From positions 66,115 through 130,114 of the forward strand of contig SVPG01000001.1 in assembly GCA_015065975.1 (NCBI GenBank): a stretch of 64,000 nucleotides of DNA, given 5' to 3'. This document shows positions 41,133 through 50,746 of the stretch, piece after piece. A model generated the notes under the pieces. That model searched no databases. It saw only the letters and a program-made list of their open reading frames with translations, and had not been told where the DNA came from. The position numbers and the translations under genes were made by a program. Each line of letters opens with the position of its first letter. Positions within the stretch are counted from its first letter, which is position 1. This stretch comes from Oscillospiraceae bacterium. Its GTDB lineage: Bacteria > Bacillota > Clostridia > Oscillospirales > Acutalibacteraceae.

Positions 41133-42488
41133 ATGAAAATAGTCATTATCGGACTTGGAACGATAGGAAAAACCATACTCAAAAGTCTTTCGGGCGAAAA
41201 CCACACCGTAACCATAATCGACGAGGACAAGAACAAGGTGGAAACTCTGATCGAGCAGTACGACGTTTTCGGCATCGTCGGAAACGGTGCCTGCATGGAG
41301 ATTCAGAACGAGGCCGACGTAAAGGACGCCGATCTTGTCATAGCCGTCACGGGAAGCGACGAACTCAACATTCTCGCCTGCCTTGTCGCCAAAAGATTAG
41401 GCGCGCAGAACACAGCGGTAAGAGTCAGAAATCCCGATTACAGACGTCAGATAATCGAGATGAAGGATTCGCTCGGCATATCAATGATAATCAACCCCGA
41501 AAGGGAGACCGCCGCCGAAATATTCAGCATAATAAACCTTCCTTCCGTCGCTCAGATAGAGCATTTCGCAAAGGGCAAGGTCACTCTCGTCGAGATCGTT
41601 GCGGAGAAGGGCTGTCTTCTCATCGGCGAAACCCTCATATCCCTCGGCAAGAAGCTCAACACAAAGGTGCTCATCTGCGCCGTGCAGCGAGGCTCGCAGG
41701 TCATAATACCTTCAGGTAATTTCAAGATCAAAGAGGGCGACAGAATACATTTCACCTCCGACGCAAAGACGCTCGGTGATTTCCTGTCGGAGGTCAATCT
41801 CGTAAAATCGCCCTTCAAGAATATCATGATAGTCGGCGGCAGCAGGATCGCCTACTACCTTGCAAGCACCCTTTCAAAAAAGAAATACAATGTCAAGCTC
41901 ATTGAAAACGACTATTCCAGAGCTGAGGAGCTTGCAGAACTTCTGCCGCGTGCGACGGTCATCTGCGGAAACGGAACACAGCACGATCTTCTCCTTGAGG
42001 AAGGAATCGAGGCGATGGACGTATTCATCGCTCTTACCGATATCGACGAGGAGAATATGATCGTATCGATGTTCGCCAACAAGATGAAGGTCAAAAAATC
42101 CATCACAAAAATAAAGAGCGACGATCTTTTCGGTATGCTCGGAGAGCTCGGAATCAACAACACCGTCTCCACAAAGCACATTGTTGCAAGCCGTGTCATA
42201 AGCTATATCCGTGCTCTTGCAAACTCGATAGGCAGTAACGTCCTGACCCTTTATCAGCTGGTCAACAATCAGGTCGAGGCTCTTGAATTTGCCGCAAAGA
42301 AATACGAATATTTCTATGACAAGCCTCTCAAGGAGCTCAACATCAAGAAAAACTGCCTTATCGCCTGCATCATCAGAGAGAGTCAGGTCATCATCCCCGA
42401 CGGTAATTCTCAGATACAGCTCGGCGACAATGTCGTTGTCGTCACGACACACAAGAACTTCGACGACCTCAACGATGTGTTTGAATAA
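41133..42488 (+). CDS. trkA: Trk potassium uptake system NAD-binding subunit
   Basis: Two tandem RCK/TrkA-N domains (IVIIGLGTIGK..., IMIVGGSRIAYY...). Confidence 0.85.
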   Translation: MKIVIIGLGTIGKTILKSLSGENHTVTIIDEDKNKVETLIEQYDVFGIVGNGACMEIQNEADVKDADLVIAVTGSDELNILACLVAKRLGAQNTAVRVRNPDYRRQIIEMKDSLGISMIINPERETAAEIFSIINLPSVAQIEHFAKGKVTLVEIVAEKGCLLIGETLISLGKKLNTKVLICAVQRGSQVIIPSGNFKIKEGDRIHFTSDAKTLGDFLSEVNLVKSPFKNIMIVGGSRIAYYLASTLSKKKYNVKLIENDYSRAEELAELLPRATVICGNGTQHDLLLEEGIEAMDVFIALTDIDEENMIVSMFANKMKVKKSITKIKSDDLFGMLGELGINNTVSTKHIVASRVISYIRALANSIGSNVLTLYQLVNNQVEALEFAAKKYEYFYDKPLKELNIKKNCLIACIIRESQVIIPDGNSQIQLGDNVVVVTTHKNFDDLNDVFE

Positions 42489-42497
42489 GGTGGCGCT

Positions 42498-44039
42498 ATG
42501 AATTATAAAAAACTTGGCAAAATTCTCGGCAAGATCATGATTCTTGAAGGAATCCTGATGATAGCTCCCCTCATGGTCAGCCTTATATACAGAGAGCCGC
42601 CGAAAAACGTGTTTGCTTTTCTCGTTCCGATCGCACTTCTCGTTTCGATAGGTTTTCTTCTTCAGCTTCCGAAGCCGAAAAGGAATATTCTCTATCAAAA
42701 GGAAGGCTTTGCTCTGACGGCTATGGTATGGCTTGTTATGACCCTTTTCGGTGCTATTCCTTTTGTCATAAACGGAGATATTCCAAATTACGTCAACGCC
42801 TTTTTTGAGATAATGTCAGGGTTTACGACAACGGGAGCAAGCATCCTCACGGATGTCACGGCACTTTCCCACTCGTCTCTTTTCTGGCGCAGCTTTTCCC
42901 ACTGGATCGGCGGCATGGGAATCCTCGTTTTCGTTCTGATATTCATTCCCGAAAGCAACGAGGGCTCTTCGATGCATCTCCTGCGTGCGGAAAGCCCCGG
43001 TCCGCAGGTCGGCAAGCTCGTCTCGAAAATGAAGATGACCACAAGAATCCTCTATCTCATTTATCTCGGACTGACCGTCCTCGAGGTAATCGTGCTCATG
43101 CTTGACAAGCCCGTCCCCGGTTATGAAAGCGAGCAATTCTTTTTCAGCCTGCTAACAGCCTTCGGATGCGCAGGAACGGGCGGATTTGGTTTTCTTCAGG
43201 GCAGCATGGAGATGCTTCACCCGTTTTCACAATATGTAATTTCAATATTCCTCATACTTTTCGGCTGCAACTTCAGCCTTTACTATCTGCTGCTGATCGG
43301 CAAGATCAGGGATTTCTTCCGCAGCGAGGAGCTGCGCACTTATCTTATCATCCTTGCCGCCGCCGTCGGAATCGTATTTTTCAGTCTCGTGTGGAGAGTC
43401 GAGGACTTCCCTCAGGTGTACACGACCGAGGAATCCTTCAGACATTCCCTCTTCCAGGTGGTCTCGCTGATAACCACCGCAGGCTTCACCACGACCGATT
43501 ATCACACCTGGCCCATGCTCGCTACGACTTCTTTGGTCGTTGTGATGTTCATGGGTGCGATGGCCGGCTCCACCGCGGGCGGTATAAAGCTTTCGAGAAT
43601 AGTCATCGCAATGAAGGGCGCATATATCAATGTCCGCAAGATGATAAACCCCCGCTACGTCCCGAAGGTAAAGTTCGAGGGCAAGACGCTCGAACCGAAA
43701 ATAATAAACGACATCTTTGCCTTTATAACGCTTTATTTCTTTATTCTGATCGGATCCATGTTCCTGCTCGCCTTCGACCCGATAAACGGTCAGATGGTAA
43801 CGATAGCTTCCGATGCCGGAACATACAGCGTGGAGCACGGCTTTTTCAGCAACTTCTCCGCAACCCTCGCCTGCATCTCAAACGTCGGACCTGCATTCGA
43901 GGCTGTCGGTCCCTATTCGTGCTATCTCGGATACAGTGACTTTTCAAAGATCCTGTTGTCCTTCATAATGCTTCTCGGCAGACTCGAGATACTCCCCGTA
44001 CTCATTATGTTCAACCGAAAAGCATGGGCTAAAATATGA
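42498..44039 (+). CDS. trkH: TrkH-family potassium uptake membrane protein
   Basis: Polytopic membrane protein with repeated GFTTTGAS-type selectivity motifs; AAGGTGG RBS. Confidence 0.85.
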   Translation: MNYKKLGKILGKIMILEGILMIAPLMVSLIYREPPKNVFAFLVPIALLVSIGFLLQLPKPKRNILYQKEGFALTAMVWLVMTLFGAIPFVINGDIPNYVNAFFEIMSGFTTTGASILTDVTALSHSSLFWRSFSHWIGGMGILVFVLIFIPESNEGSSMHLLRAESPGPQVGKLVSKMKMTTRILYLIYLGLTVLEVIVLMLDKPVPGYESEQFFFSLLTAFGCAGTGGFGFLQGSMEMLHPFSQYVISIFLILFGCNFSLYYLLLIGKIRDFFRSEELRTYLIILAAAVGIVFFSLVWRVEDFPQVYTTEESFRHSLFQVVSLITTAGFTTTDYHTWPMLATTSLVVVMFMGAMAGSTAGGIKLSRIVIAMKGAYINVRKMINPRYVPKVKFEGKTLEPKIINDIFAFITLYFFILIGSMFLLAFDPINGQMVTIASDAGTYSVEHGFFSNFSATLACISNVGPAFEAVGPYSCYLGYSDFSKILLSFIMLLGRLEILPVLIMFNRKAWAKI

Positions 44040-44042
44040 CAA

Positions 44043-44082
44043 AAATATCCCACGGCAAACGCCGTGGGATATTTTTATTTCA
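44043..44082 (+). terminator. Terminator after trkH
   Basis: aaatatcccacggcaaacgccgtgggatattttt. Confidence 0.65.
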
Positions 44083-44145
44083 TGCTTTCAGTTTTCTTCG
44101 GTATGTGATATAATTTTCAAAAATGCATCGGAAGGAGGCGGACAT

Positions 44146-45393
44146 ATGTCATCATACAGTGAACTTGTCAAGAATTTTGAGAAGGTTCGCACCTATATGC
44201 GCGACTTTTATGTCTACGGACTGAAAAGCCGCAGCGAATACGACAAAAAGAGCGCACGCTCATACGACGACGAGCGCAGACGCATTGAGAGCTGGCTTGG
44301 CGAGCATATGGGATATACAAGAACGACCGACGGCAAGAATATGTTCATCTCCATCGACAGCCGTATCTGTGCTCACAATCCCCTGTACAGGTCTCTCAAA
44401 GCAAGAAGCTTTACCGACAAGGATATCACGCTGCATTTTATACTCTTTGACATTCTCTCCTCCCCCGACATCTCGCTCACTCTGAGCGAGATACTGTGCC
44501 GTATGGACGACTATCTCGGCTGTTTTGAAAGCCCCATGATGTTCGATGAATCGACTGTGCGAAAGAAGCTCGGCGAATACATCCGCGAGGGTATAATCGT
44601 CGGCACAAAGCAGGGACGCACCATGCTTTACAGCCGCAGCGAGACGGTCGACATCTCCTGCGACACCGACGCTGTCCACTTTTTCTCCGAAACTGCGCCC
44701 TGCGGAGTTGTCGGGTCGTTTCTGCTCGACAAGCTTCCCCTCCACAGCGACAATATCTTTTTCAAGCACCACTATATAACCTCCGCGCTTGACAGCGATG
44801 TCCTCGCCTCGCTCTTTGACGCAATGCATCGAAAGTGCGAGATTGCCGCGGTCAACACAGCGCGTCACACGTCGGGAACAAAAACTCTCAATCTCGTTCC
44901 CCTTCGCATTTTCATAAGTGTGCAGAGCGGACGCCAGCACCTTCTCGCCTATCAACCGCACAGCAAAAATTTCGGATCGTTCCGCCTCGATTATCTCTCC
45001 GATGTAAAAATCGGTCAGTGCTGTGCCGAGTTTGACCATCTGCGCTCACAGCTCGACCACTGTATGCAGTATATGTGGGGAGTCAACTGCCGCAATAACG
45101 AATCCCGCCTCGAACACGTGGAATTCACCATTCGGGTCGAGGACGGCGAGGAGCACATCGTCCACCGTCTCGAGCGCGAAAAACGCATCGGCACGGTTGA
45201 AAAGATCGACGATAAGCATTACAGATTTTTAGCCGATGTTTATGATACGAGCGAACTTATTCCCTGGATACGCACCTTTATATGCCGCATCACAAAGCTT
45301 GACTTCTCCGACCGCACAACCGAAAACCGTCTCAGGCGGGACATCGGCGAGATGTATAAAATGTACGGTATTGACGGAGGTGATACGGCTTGA
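44146..45393 (+). CDS. WYL domain-like regulatory protein (first of a tandem pair, PafB/PafC-like arrangement)
   Basis: Central motif RIFISVQSGRQHLLAYQPHSKNFGSFRLDYLSDVKI resembles the WYL core (WYLvaY...FRLDRI); C-terminus ELIPWIRTF...L resembles WCX; GGAGG RBS. Confidence 0.5.
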   Translation: MSSYSELVKNFEKVRTYMRDFYVYGLKSRSEYDKKSARSYDDERRRIESWLGEHMGYTRTTDGKNMFISIDSRICAHNPLYRSLKARSFTDKDITLHFILFDILSSPDISLTLSEILCRMDDYLGCFESPMMFDESTVRKKLGEYIREGIIVGTKQGRTMLYSRSETVDISCDTDAVHFFSETAPCGVVGSFLLDKLPLHSDNIFFKHHYITSALDSDVLASLFDAMHRKCEIAAVNTARHTSGTKTLNLVPLRIFISVQSGRQHLLAYQPHSKNFGSFRLDYLSDVKIGQCCAEFDHLRSQLDHCMQYMWGVNCRNNESRLEHVEFTIRVEDGEEHIVHRLEREKRIGTVEKIDDKHYRFLADVYDTSELIPWIRTFICRITKLDFSDRTTENRLRRDIGEMYKMYGIDGGDTA

Positions 45394-46301
45394 TCTTCAG
45401 CGAACTCTACTCGGTCTATTACAACGCCGTCGCAAAGATACTCTCCCTTGCCGTAAAGGGCGAGGCTGACGAAAAAGCTTTGCATCATATTATCTCGCAG
45501 TACGCCTTCTCGGAAAGTATGCTCACCATTCTCCCCTCGCTCAGAGAGGAAAAATGGCAGCTTCTCAAAAGCGATATGACCACTCCTCTCAGGCACGAGC
45601 CCACCATGCCGCTCACAACGCTCGAAAAACGCTGGCTCAAATCGCTGTCTCTCGATGAACGCATAAGGCTTTTTGACCTTCCTTTTGAGGGACTCGACGA
45701 CGTTGAACCTCTGTTCACCCCCGACGACTATGTCATATACGACAGGTACTGCGACGGTGACCCGTACGACAGCGACGAATATATAAAGATATTTCGCACG
45801 GTGCTTGAAGCCGTCCGTCAAAAACACCCTTTGAAAATATGCGCTTACAACCGCCGCGGAAATGTTATGGTTCTCAACGTCCTTCCGTCACGGCTTGAGT
45901 ATTCAGAAAAGGACGACAAGTTCCGACTCATTTTCACGGGATGCCGCCACGCAGACACGATCAATCTGTCGCGCATAATCTCCTGCCGCATACCCGATGA
46001 AGAAATCCGCCTTTCCTGCGAGCCGGTACCCCGTGAGAAAAGAACTCTCACACTTCGCGTACGGGACGAAAGAAACGCTCTCGAACGCGCAATGCTTCAT
46101 TTCGCGCACTTTGAAAAACAGGCCGAACGCCTCGACGAAAAGCATTATACAATGCGGATAAACTACGACCGTGCCGACGAGACCGAGATGGTCATACGGG
46201 TGCTCGGTTTCGGCCCTCTCGTCGAAGTAATCGAGCCGCAATCCTTCCGTGAGCTTATAATCGAACGACTCAAAAAGCAAAAAAGCTGTGGACTCAAATG
46301 A
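45390..46301 (+). CDS. WYL/WCX domain-like regulatory protein (second of tandem pair)
   Basis: KFRLIFTGCRHADTINLSRIISCRI is WYL-like; C-terminal MVIRVLGFGPLVEVIEPQSFRELIIERL matches WCX; 4-bp overlap (ATGA) with the upstream paralog. Confidence 0.5.
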   Translation: MIFSELYSVYYNAVAKILSLAVKGEADEKALHHIISQYAFSESMLTILPSLREEKWQLLKSDMTTPLRHEPTMPLTTLEKRWLKSLSLDERIRLFDLPFEGLDDVEPLFTPDDYVIYDRYCDGDPYDSDEYIKIFRTVLEAVRQKHPLKICAYNRRGNVMVLNVLPSRLEYSEKDDKFRLIFTGCRHADTINLSRIISCRIPDEEIRLSCEPVPREKRTLTLRVRDERNALERAMLHFAHFEKQAERLDEKHYTMRINYDRADETEMVIRVLGFGPLVEVIEPQSFRELIIERLKKQKSCGLK

Positions 46302-46312
46302 GTTCGCAGCTT
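46270..46312 (+). terminator. Terminator overlapping the end of the second WYL gene
   Basis: caaaaaagctgtgg...cgcagcttttttt. Confidence 0.6.
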
Positions 46313-46472
46313 TTTTTCCGTGTTTTTCCTGCCTGCCGATGATAGAATTCATATCGCAAGGAACACAAGGTGTTTGAATACAGCTTTCACCGCGGTGCGC
46401 AAGGCTGTGCCGACGCGTATGCCGAAACCTTCCCTGCACTCTTGGCAGCTCATTGACCGTCTGCGGTCATAG

Positions 46473-46524
46473 GAGCGGGGTTCAACTCCCCATTATTTTG
46501 CGGGTTCGATTCCCGCCGTATGCA
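46473..46524 (+). ncRNA. tRNA-like element: two T-arm-like hairpins without a complete tRNA (tRNA-mimic RNA or tRNA 3'-half relic)
   Basis: GGGGTTCAACTCCCC and GCGGGTTCGATTCCCGC(CGTATGC A). The second has a perfect T-stem, a TTCGATT loop and an acceptor-like 3' strand. No complementary 5' acceptor or anticodon arm found upstream. Confidence 0.4.
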
Positions 46525-46774
46525 AACTGCATATGCCCCGGTTGGTATAAGACAGAACACAACAAAAAAAACGCAGCTGCCCCGCAGAGCGCATCGGAGA
46601 CAGCTCTCCCCCGCGCCGAGCAATGCACTGTCTGCCCTGCCCGAAAACGGATACCGCGTATCTGCCGTCTGCACCAAGCTTTTTTCGTGCAGACCTGTGA
46701 ACGCTCAAGCTTTCGGCCGCCGATACTGCATGGGCTGCTGCAAACGAATTTTATCTCATGGAGGATTACATATT

Positions 46775-47878
46775 ATGAAAAAGATCATTGTCAGCGAAAA
46801 AGAAAGAGGATTCCTTTTCAGAAACGGAAAGTATATCAAGATGCTCGGCGCGGGAAAATACTATCTTTTCGGCGACAGCGAGATCGAAAAGGTCGAGCTT
46901 TCCCGTCCCGTCGTCTGCTCGAAATGCGAGCTTGAGACCCTTCTTGCCGACAGCGCCGTTGCAGACTGCGTATCGGTAATCGAAATCGGTGACGAGCAGA
47001 TCGCTCTTCACTATATAAACGGAAAGTTCGACAACATTCTCAGACGCGGCAAGCACGCTTTCTGGTCGGTCAACGATGTCCACGAGTACAGACTTGTCGA
47101 CATATCATCGCCCGAAGTCGACCCGTCCGTCCCCGAATACATATTCGACAGCATCTCTCCCCTTTATTATATAAAGGTCGAGGTTGCCGACTATCAGAAG
47201 GCCAGACTCTGCTTTAACAGAAAATTTGTCAGACTTCTTGATGCGGGAACATATTATTTCTGGCGAAACAGTGTTAAAATAGATGTGGACTTTGTCGATA
47301 CAAGGCTCACACAGATGAATATCACGGGTCAGGAAATGCTGACCGCCGATAAGGTATCGCTGCGCATAAACTTCGTGTGCAACTACCGCATAACCGACCC
47401 CGTCAGAATAAACAGCGAGATCGACGATTTTTCCGAGCAGATACACGTTGCGGCTCAGCTTGCACTGCGCGAGTATGTCGGCAGATACAAGCTCGACGAG
47501 ATCCTTGAAAACAAGGATCAGATGTCCGAGTTCGTCTATAAGAAGCTCAAGGAAAAAGAGGAAAGCCTCTTTGTTGAGATATGCGACGCCGGTGTCAAGG
47601 ATATTATCCTTCCCGGAGAAATACGCGAGATAATGAACACCGTCCTTGTCGCCGAAAAGCGCGCACAGGCGAATGTCATCACCCGCCGTGAGGAGGTCGC
47701 CTCCACAAGATCGCTGCTCAACACCGCAAAGCTCATGGATGAAAACAAGACCCTCTACAAGCTCAAGGAGCTTGAGTTCGTCGAGCGCATCTGTGAGAAC
47801 GTCGGAAGCATAAACCTCGGCACCGATTCGGATATCCTCTCTCAGCTCACGGGCATTCTGAGAGGACACGCCGTATAA
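46775..47878 (+). CDS. SPFH (band-7/stomatin-prohibitin-like) domain protein without a TM anchor
   Basis: ADKVSLRINFVCNYRITDPVR and a following coiled-coil, typical of SPFH; GGAGGA RBS 9 nt upstream of the ATG at 46775. The ORF track's 46520 start would read through the tRNA-like region. Confidence 0.7.
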   Translation: MKKIIVSEKERGFLFRNGKYIKMLGAGKYYLFGDSEIEKVELSRPVVCSKCELETLLADSAVADCVSVIEIGDEQIALHYINGKFDNILRRGKHAFWSVNDVHEYRLVDISSPEVDPSVPEYIFDSISPLYYIKVEVADYQKARLCFNRKFVRLLDAGTYYFWRNSVKIDVDFVDTRLTQMNITGQEMLTADKVSLRINFVCNYRITDPVRINSEIDDFSEQIHVAAQLALREYVGRYKLDEILENKDQMSEFVYKKLKEKEESLFVEICDAGVKDIILPGEIREIMNTVLVAEKRAQANVITRREEVASTRSLLNTAKLMDENKTLYKLKELEFVERICENVGSINLGTDSDILSQLTGILRGHAV

Positions 47879-47894
47879 CGAAAGGAAAGTCACA

Positions 47895-49097
47895 ATGATT
47901 GAAATAATCGGAAAACATAACCGCGCCGTCTGCTACACGGACGACCTCGAAACAAATGCATACGAGCAGATTCTCGCCGTGTGCGACGAAAAGGCGTTCG
48001 CCGGCTCAAAAATACGCATCATGCCCGATGTTCACGCGGGAATGGGCTGCACCATCGGCACCACCATGACCATTCACGACAAGATCGTTCCGGGAATGGT
48101 GGGCGTCGATATCGGCTGCGGAATGGAGACCGTGCTTATCTCCGAGAAGGATATCGACTTCGAAAAGCTCGACAGCGTGATACGCCAAAAGATTCCCTGC
48201 GGCAGAGATGTGCGGCAAATTCCCCACCCTTTCAGCCGCGAGATAAACCTCGATGACCTGCGCTGTGCATATCATGTCAACCTCGTTCGCGCACGACAGA
48301 GCATTGGCACGCTCGGCGGCGGCAATCATTTCATCGAGCTCGACCGTGACAGCGACGGAAACATATATCTTGTCGTTCATTCGGGCAGCCGTCATCTGGG
48401 ACGCGAGGTGGCAGAGTACTACCAGAAACAGGGACGTCTCGCTATGTGGGGCGGCGCAAACCACCAGATAGAGCAGACGATAGCCGCTCTCAAAGCTGAG
48501 GGTCGTTTCTCCGAAATAAACTCTACCGTCAAGGCGCTCAAAAAGGAGCGGGAAATACCTATCGCCCGCGATCTTGCATACGTTGAAGGCAAGCTTTTCG
48601 ATGACTATATTCACGATATGAAGATCGTGCAGACCTTCGCCGCTCTCAACAGAAAGGCCATGACACGGGTAATACTCGACAATATGGGATTCACCGAAAT
48701 CGAGCGGTTCACCACCATTCACAACTACATCGACACCGACGCAATGATCCTGAGAAAGGGCTCTGTCTCCGCAAAGCTCGGAGAAAAGCTTCTCATTCCC
48801 ATAAACATGCGTGACGGCAGCCTCATCTGCATCGGCAAAGGCAGCGAGGACTGGAACTGCTCGGCTCCTCACGGTGCGGGCAGACTCATGTCCCGTTCGG
48901 CAGCGCTTCGGAATCTTTCGATGGACGAATACAAAGAGCAGATGTCGGGAATATATTCCACCTGCGTTCTGCCCGACACGCTCGACGAATCGCCGATGGC
49001 TTACAAGAGCATGGACGAGATCATAAAACAGATAACTCCCACTGCACAGATAATCAACCGCATTACACCGATATACAACTTCAAAGCAGCCGAATAA
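47895..49097 (+). CDS. rtcB: RtcB-family RNA 3'-phosphate ligase
   Basis: IMPDVHAGMGCTIGTT, GVDIGCGM, GGGNHFIELD and HSGSRHLG metal/GTP-binding motifs. Confidence 0.9.
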   Translation: MIEIIGKHNRAVCYTDDLETNAYEQILAVCDEKAFAGSKIRIMPDVHAGMGCTIGTTMTIHDKIVPGMVGVDIGCGMETVLISEKDIDFEKLDSVIRQKIPCGRDVRQIPHPFSREINLDDLRCAYHVNLVRARQSIGTLGGGNHFIELDRDSDGNIYLVVHSGSRHLGREVAEYYQKQGRLAMWGGANHQIEQTIAALKAEGRFSEINSTVKALKKEREIPIARDLAYVEGKLFDDYIHDMKIVQTFAALNRKAMTRVILDNMGFTEIERFTTIHNYIDTDAMILRKGSVSAKLGEKLLIPINMRDGSLICIGKGSEDWNCSAPHGAGRLMSRSAALRNLSMDEYKEQMSGIYSTCVLPDTLDESPMAYKSMDEIIKQITPTAQIINRITPIYNFKAAE

Positions 49098-49099
49098 AA

Positions 49100-49142
49100 C
49101 AGCGCAATGTCATCTTTCGAAGGTGGCATTGCGCTGTTTTTA
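49100..49142 (+). terminator. Terminator after rtcB
   Basis: aaacagcgcaatg...cattgcgctgttttt. Confidence 0.7.
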
Positions 49143-49289
49143 CATGTCGCAGGTAAAACGATCTATTGCTAAAAACATCAATTTTCCTCTCGTTTATCGA
49201 ATTTTTTTATACATCTTGATATATTTGTATAAATGGTGTATAATGTTATACGATACTATTATAAACAGATCGGCGGTGATGAATCTGTC

Positions 49290-50690
49290 ATGAAAAAGAT
49301 ACGCAAGGAAAGCCTTATCACTGTGATTTTCGGCACTGCGCTCGTTGTCACTCTGCTTCTTCTTGTCTCATATTATATGTGGATCAGATACGACAATCAG
49401 AAGCTCCACAAAGTTTCGCTTTCCGAAACCACTTTCAGCGACGGGGTTTATACTCTTGACGATTTCACCGTAAAAATCGCTCCCCGCGGCGGCGATTCGG
49501 GTGCGTGGAACAAGGACCCGATCCTCGACGAAACGGGCAGCGTTCTTCACAATCAGATGGTCGGTACGATATACGAGCTCACTCTGACAAACACATCGGG
49601 CGCAAGGATAACCGACTGGACAATGGAGCTTTTCATACCGGAGCATCTGTGGCTCAACAACGCCTGGTGCGGAACGCTCGAATTCCAACAGACCACAAGC
49701 GGCGAGCTTCTTGTGCAGGAGCTCGACCTGCGCGAGTTCACAACCAAGGAGATAACCCTCGACCACTATATCGACCATACGGGACCGATGATCCCCATGA
49801 ATCCCGGTGACAGCTTCATCTACCACCCGAGCAAGGCCGATAACGAGATGCCGCTCGACACAAAGAAGCAAAACGTTGAGACGAACTATTTTGCTCTCGT
49901 CGGATTCATTGTGTATGTTGAGGGGCAGCCGCTCGATTACTGCATCGATTTCGGTACCGCCTCGTTCAGCTATCATCTCGAGCGCAACCCTCTGACATCG
50001 CCGATTTTTATAATCCTTATAGTTTTTTCCGCTATATGGCTCATACTGCTCACGGCGATGATAATTTCACAGATTCGCATAAAGACCCTGCTCAGACAGC
50101 AGCAGCACGACGCAAAGATCATCGAGCAGTCGATCAACACATTCATTAACTTCATCGAAGCAAAGGACCCCAACACAAAGGGTCATTCCGAACGCGTTGC
50201 AAAGATATCCTACGCTATGGCAAACGATATGGGATACTCTCCGCGTGAATGCAACCGCATCTATTACATAGCTCTTATGCACGACTGCGGCAAGATTTCC
50301 ATACCGGCGACCATTCTTCGCAAGCCCGGCAAGCTGACCGACGAGGAGTATGAAATCATCAAGAGTCACACGACCTACGGCGAAAAGATGCTTCGCGATT
50401 TCACCTCCATCAACGGTATCGATCTCGGCGTTCTGTATCATCACGAGCGTTACGACGGCGGCGGATATCCACGCGGACTGTCGGGCGAGGATATTCCGAA
50501 GATTGCGAGAATCATATGCGTTGCCGATTCTCTCGACGCGATGAACAGCTGCAGATGCTACCGACCGAAAATGACACCCGAGGAAATAATCGAAGAGCTC
50601 GTGGCAAACAAAGGAAAGCAATTCGACCCCGATGTTGTCGACTGTGTGCTCAAGCTGATAAATCAGAATATAATAACTCTCGGTGAATAA
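49290..50690 (+). CDS. HD-GYP domain phosphodiesterase with N-terminal TM-flanked extracytoplasmic sensor domain
   Basis: HSERVAKIS...ALMHDCGKISIP...HHERYDGGGYP HD-GYP motifs and two TM helices. The start choice (49290 versus 49233) is uncertain. Confidence 0.8.
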   Translation: MKKIRKESLITVIFGTALVVTLLLLVSYYMWIRYDNQKLHKVSLSETTFSDGVYTLDDFTVKIAPRGGDSGAWNKDPILDETGSVLHNQMVGTIYELTLTNTSGARITDWTMELFIPEHLWLNNAWCGTLEFQQTTSGELLVQELDLREFTTKEITLDHYIDHTGPMIPMNPGDSFIYHPSKADNEMPLDTKKQNVETNYFALVGFIVYVEGQPLDYCIDFGTASFSYHLERNPLTSPIFIILIVFSAIWLILLTAMIISQIRIKTLLRQQQHDAKIIEQSINTFINFIEAKDPNTKGHSERVAKISYAMANDMGYSPRECNRIYYIALMHDCGKISIPATILRKPGKLTDEEYEIIKSHTTYGEKMLRDFTSINGIDLGVLYHHERYDGGGYPRGLSGEDIPKIARIICVADSLDAMNSCRCYRPKMTPEEIIEELVANKGKQFDPDVVDCVLKLINQNIITLGE

Positions 50691-50693
50691 AAA

Positions 50694-50746
50694 CAGAGAG
50701 CTTTGCGAAAGGGGAAATTTCCGTTTTGCAAAGCTCTTTTTATTAT
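50694..50746. terminator. Bidirectional terminator between the HD-GYP gene and the PNPOx-like gene
   Basis: agagctttgcgaaaggggaaatttccgttttgcaaagctcttttt. Confidence 0.6.

Noticed and set aside
43166-43939. 257-aa plus-strand ORF inside trkH
   Set aside because: Alternative frame of trkH with an R/H-rich product. TrkH motifs are in the annotated frame.
46473-46524. Calling the T-arm motif a bona fide tRNA gene or tmRNA
   Set aside because: No complementary 5' acceptor strand (GCATACG) or anticodon stem-loop could be found in the 100 nt upstream. tmRNA would need about 350 nt and a tag ORF, neither of which is evident. Retained only as a tRNA-like element.
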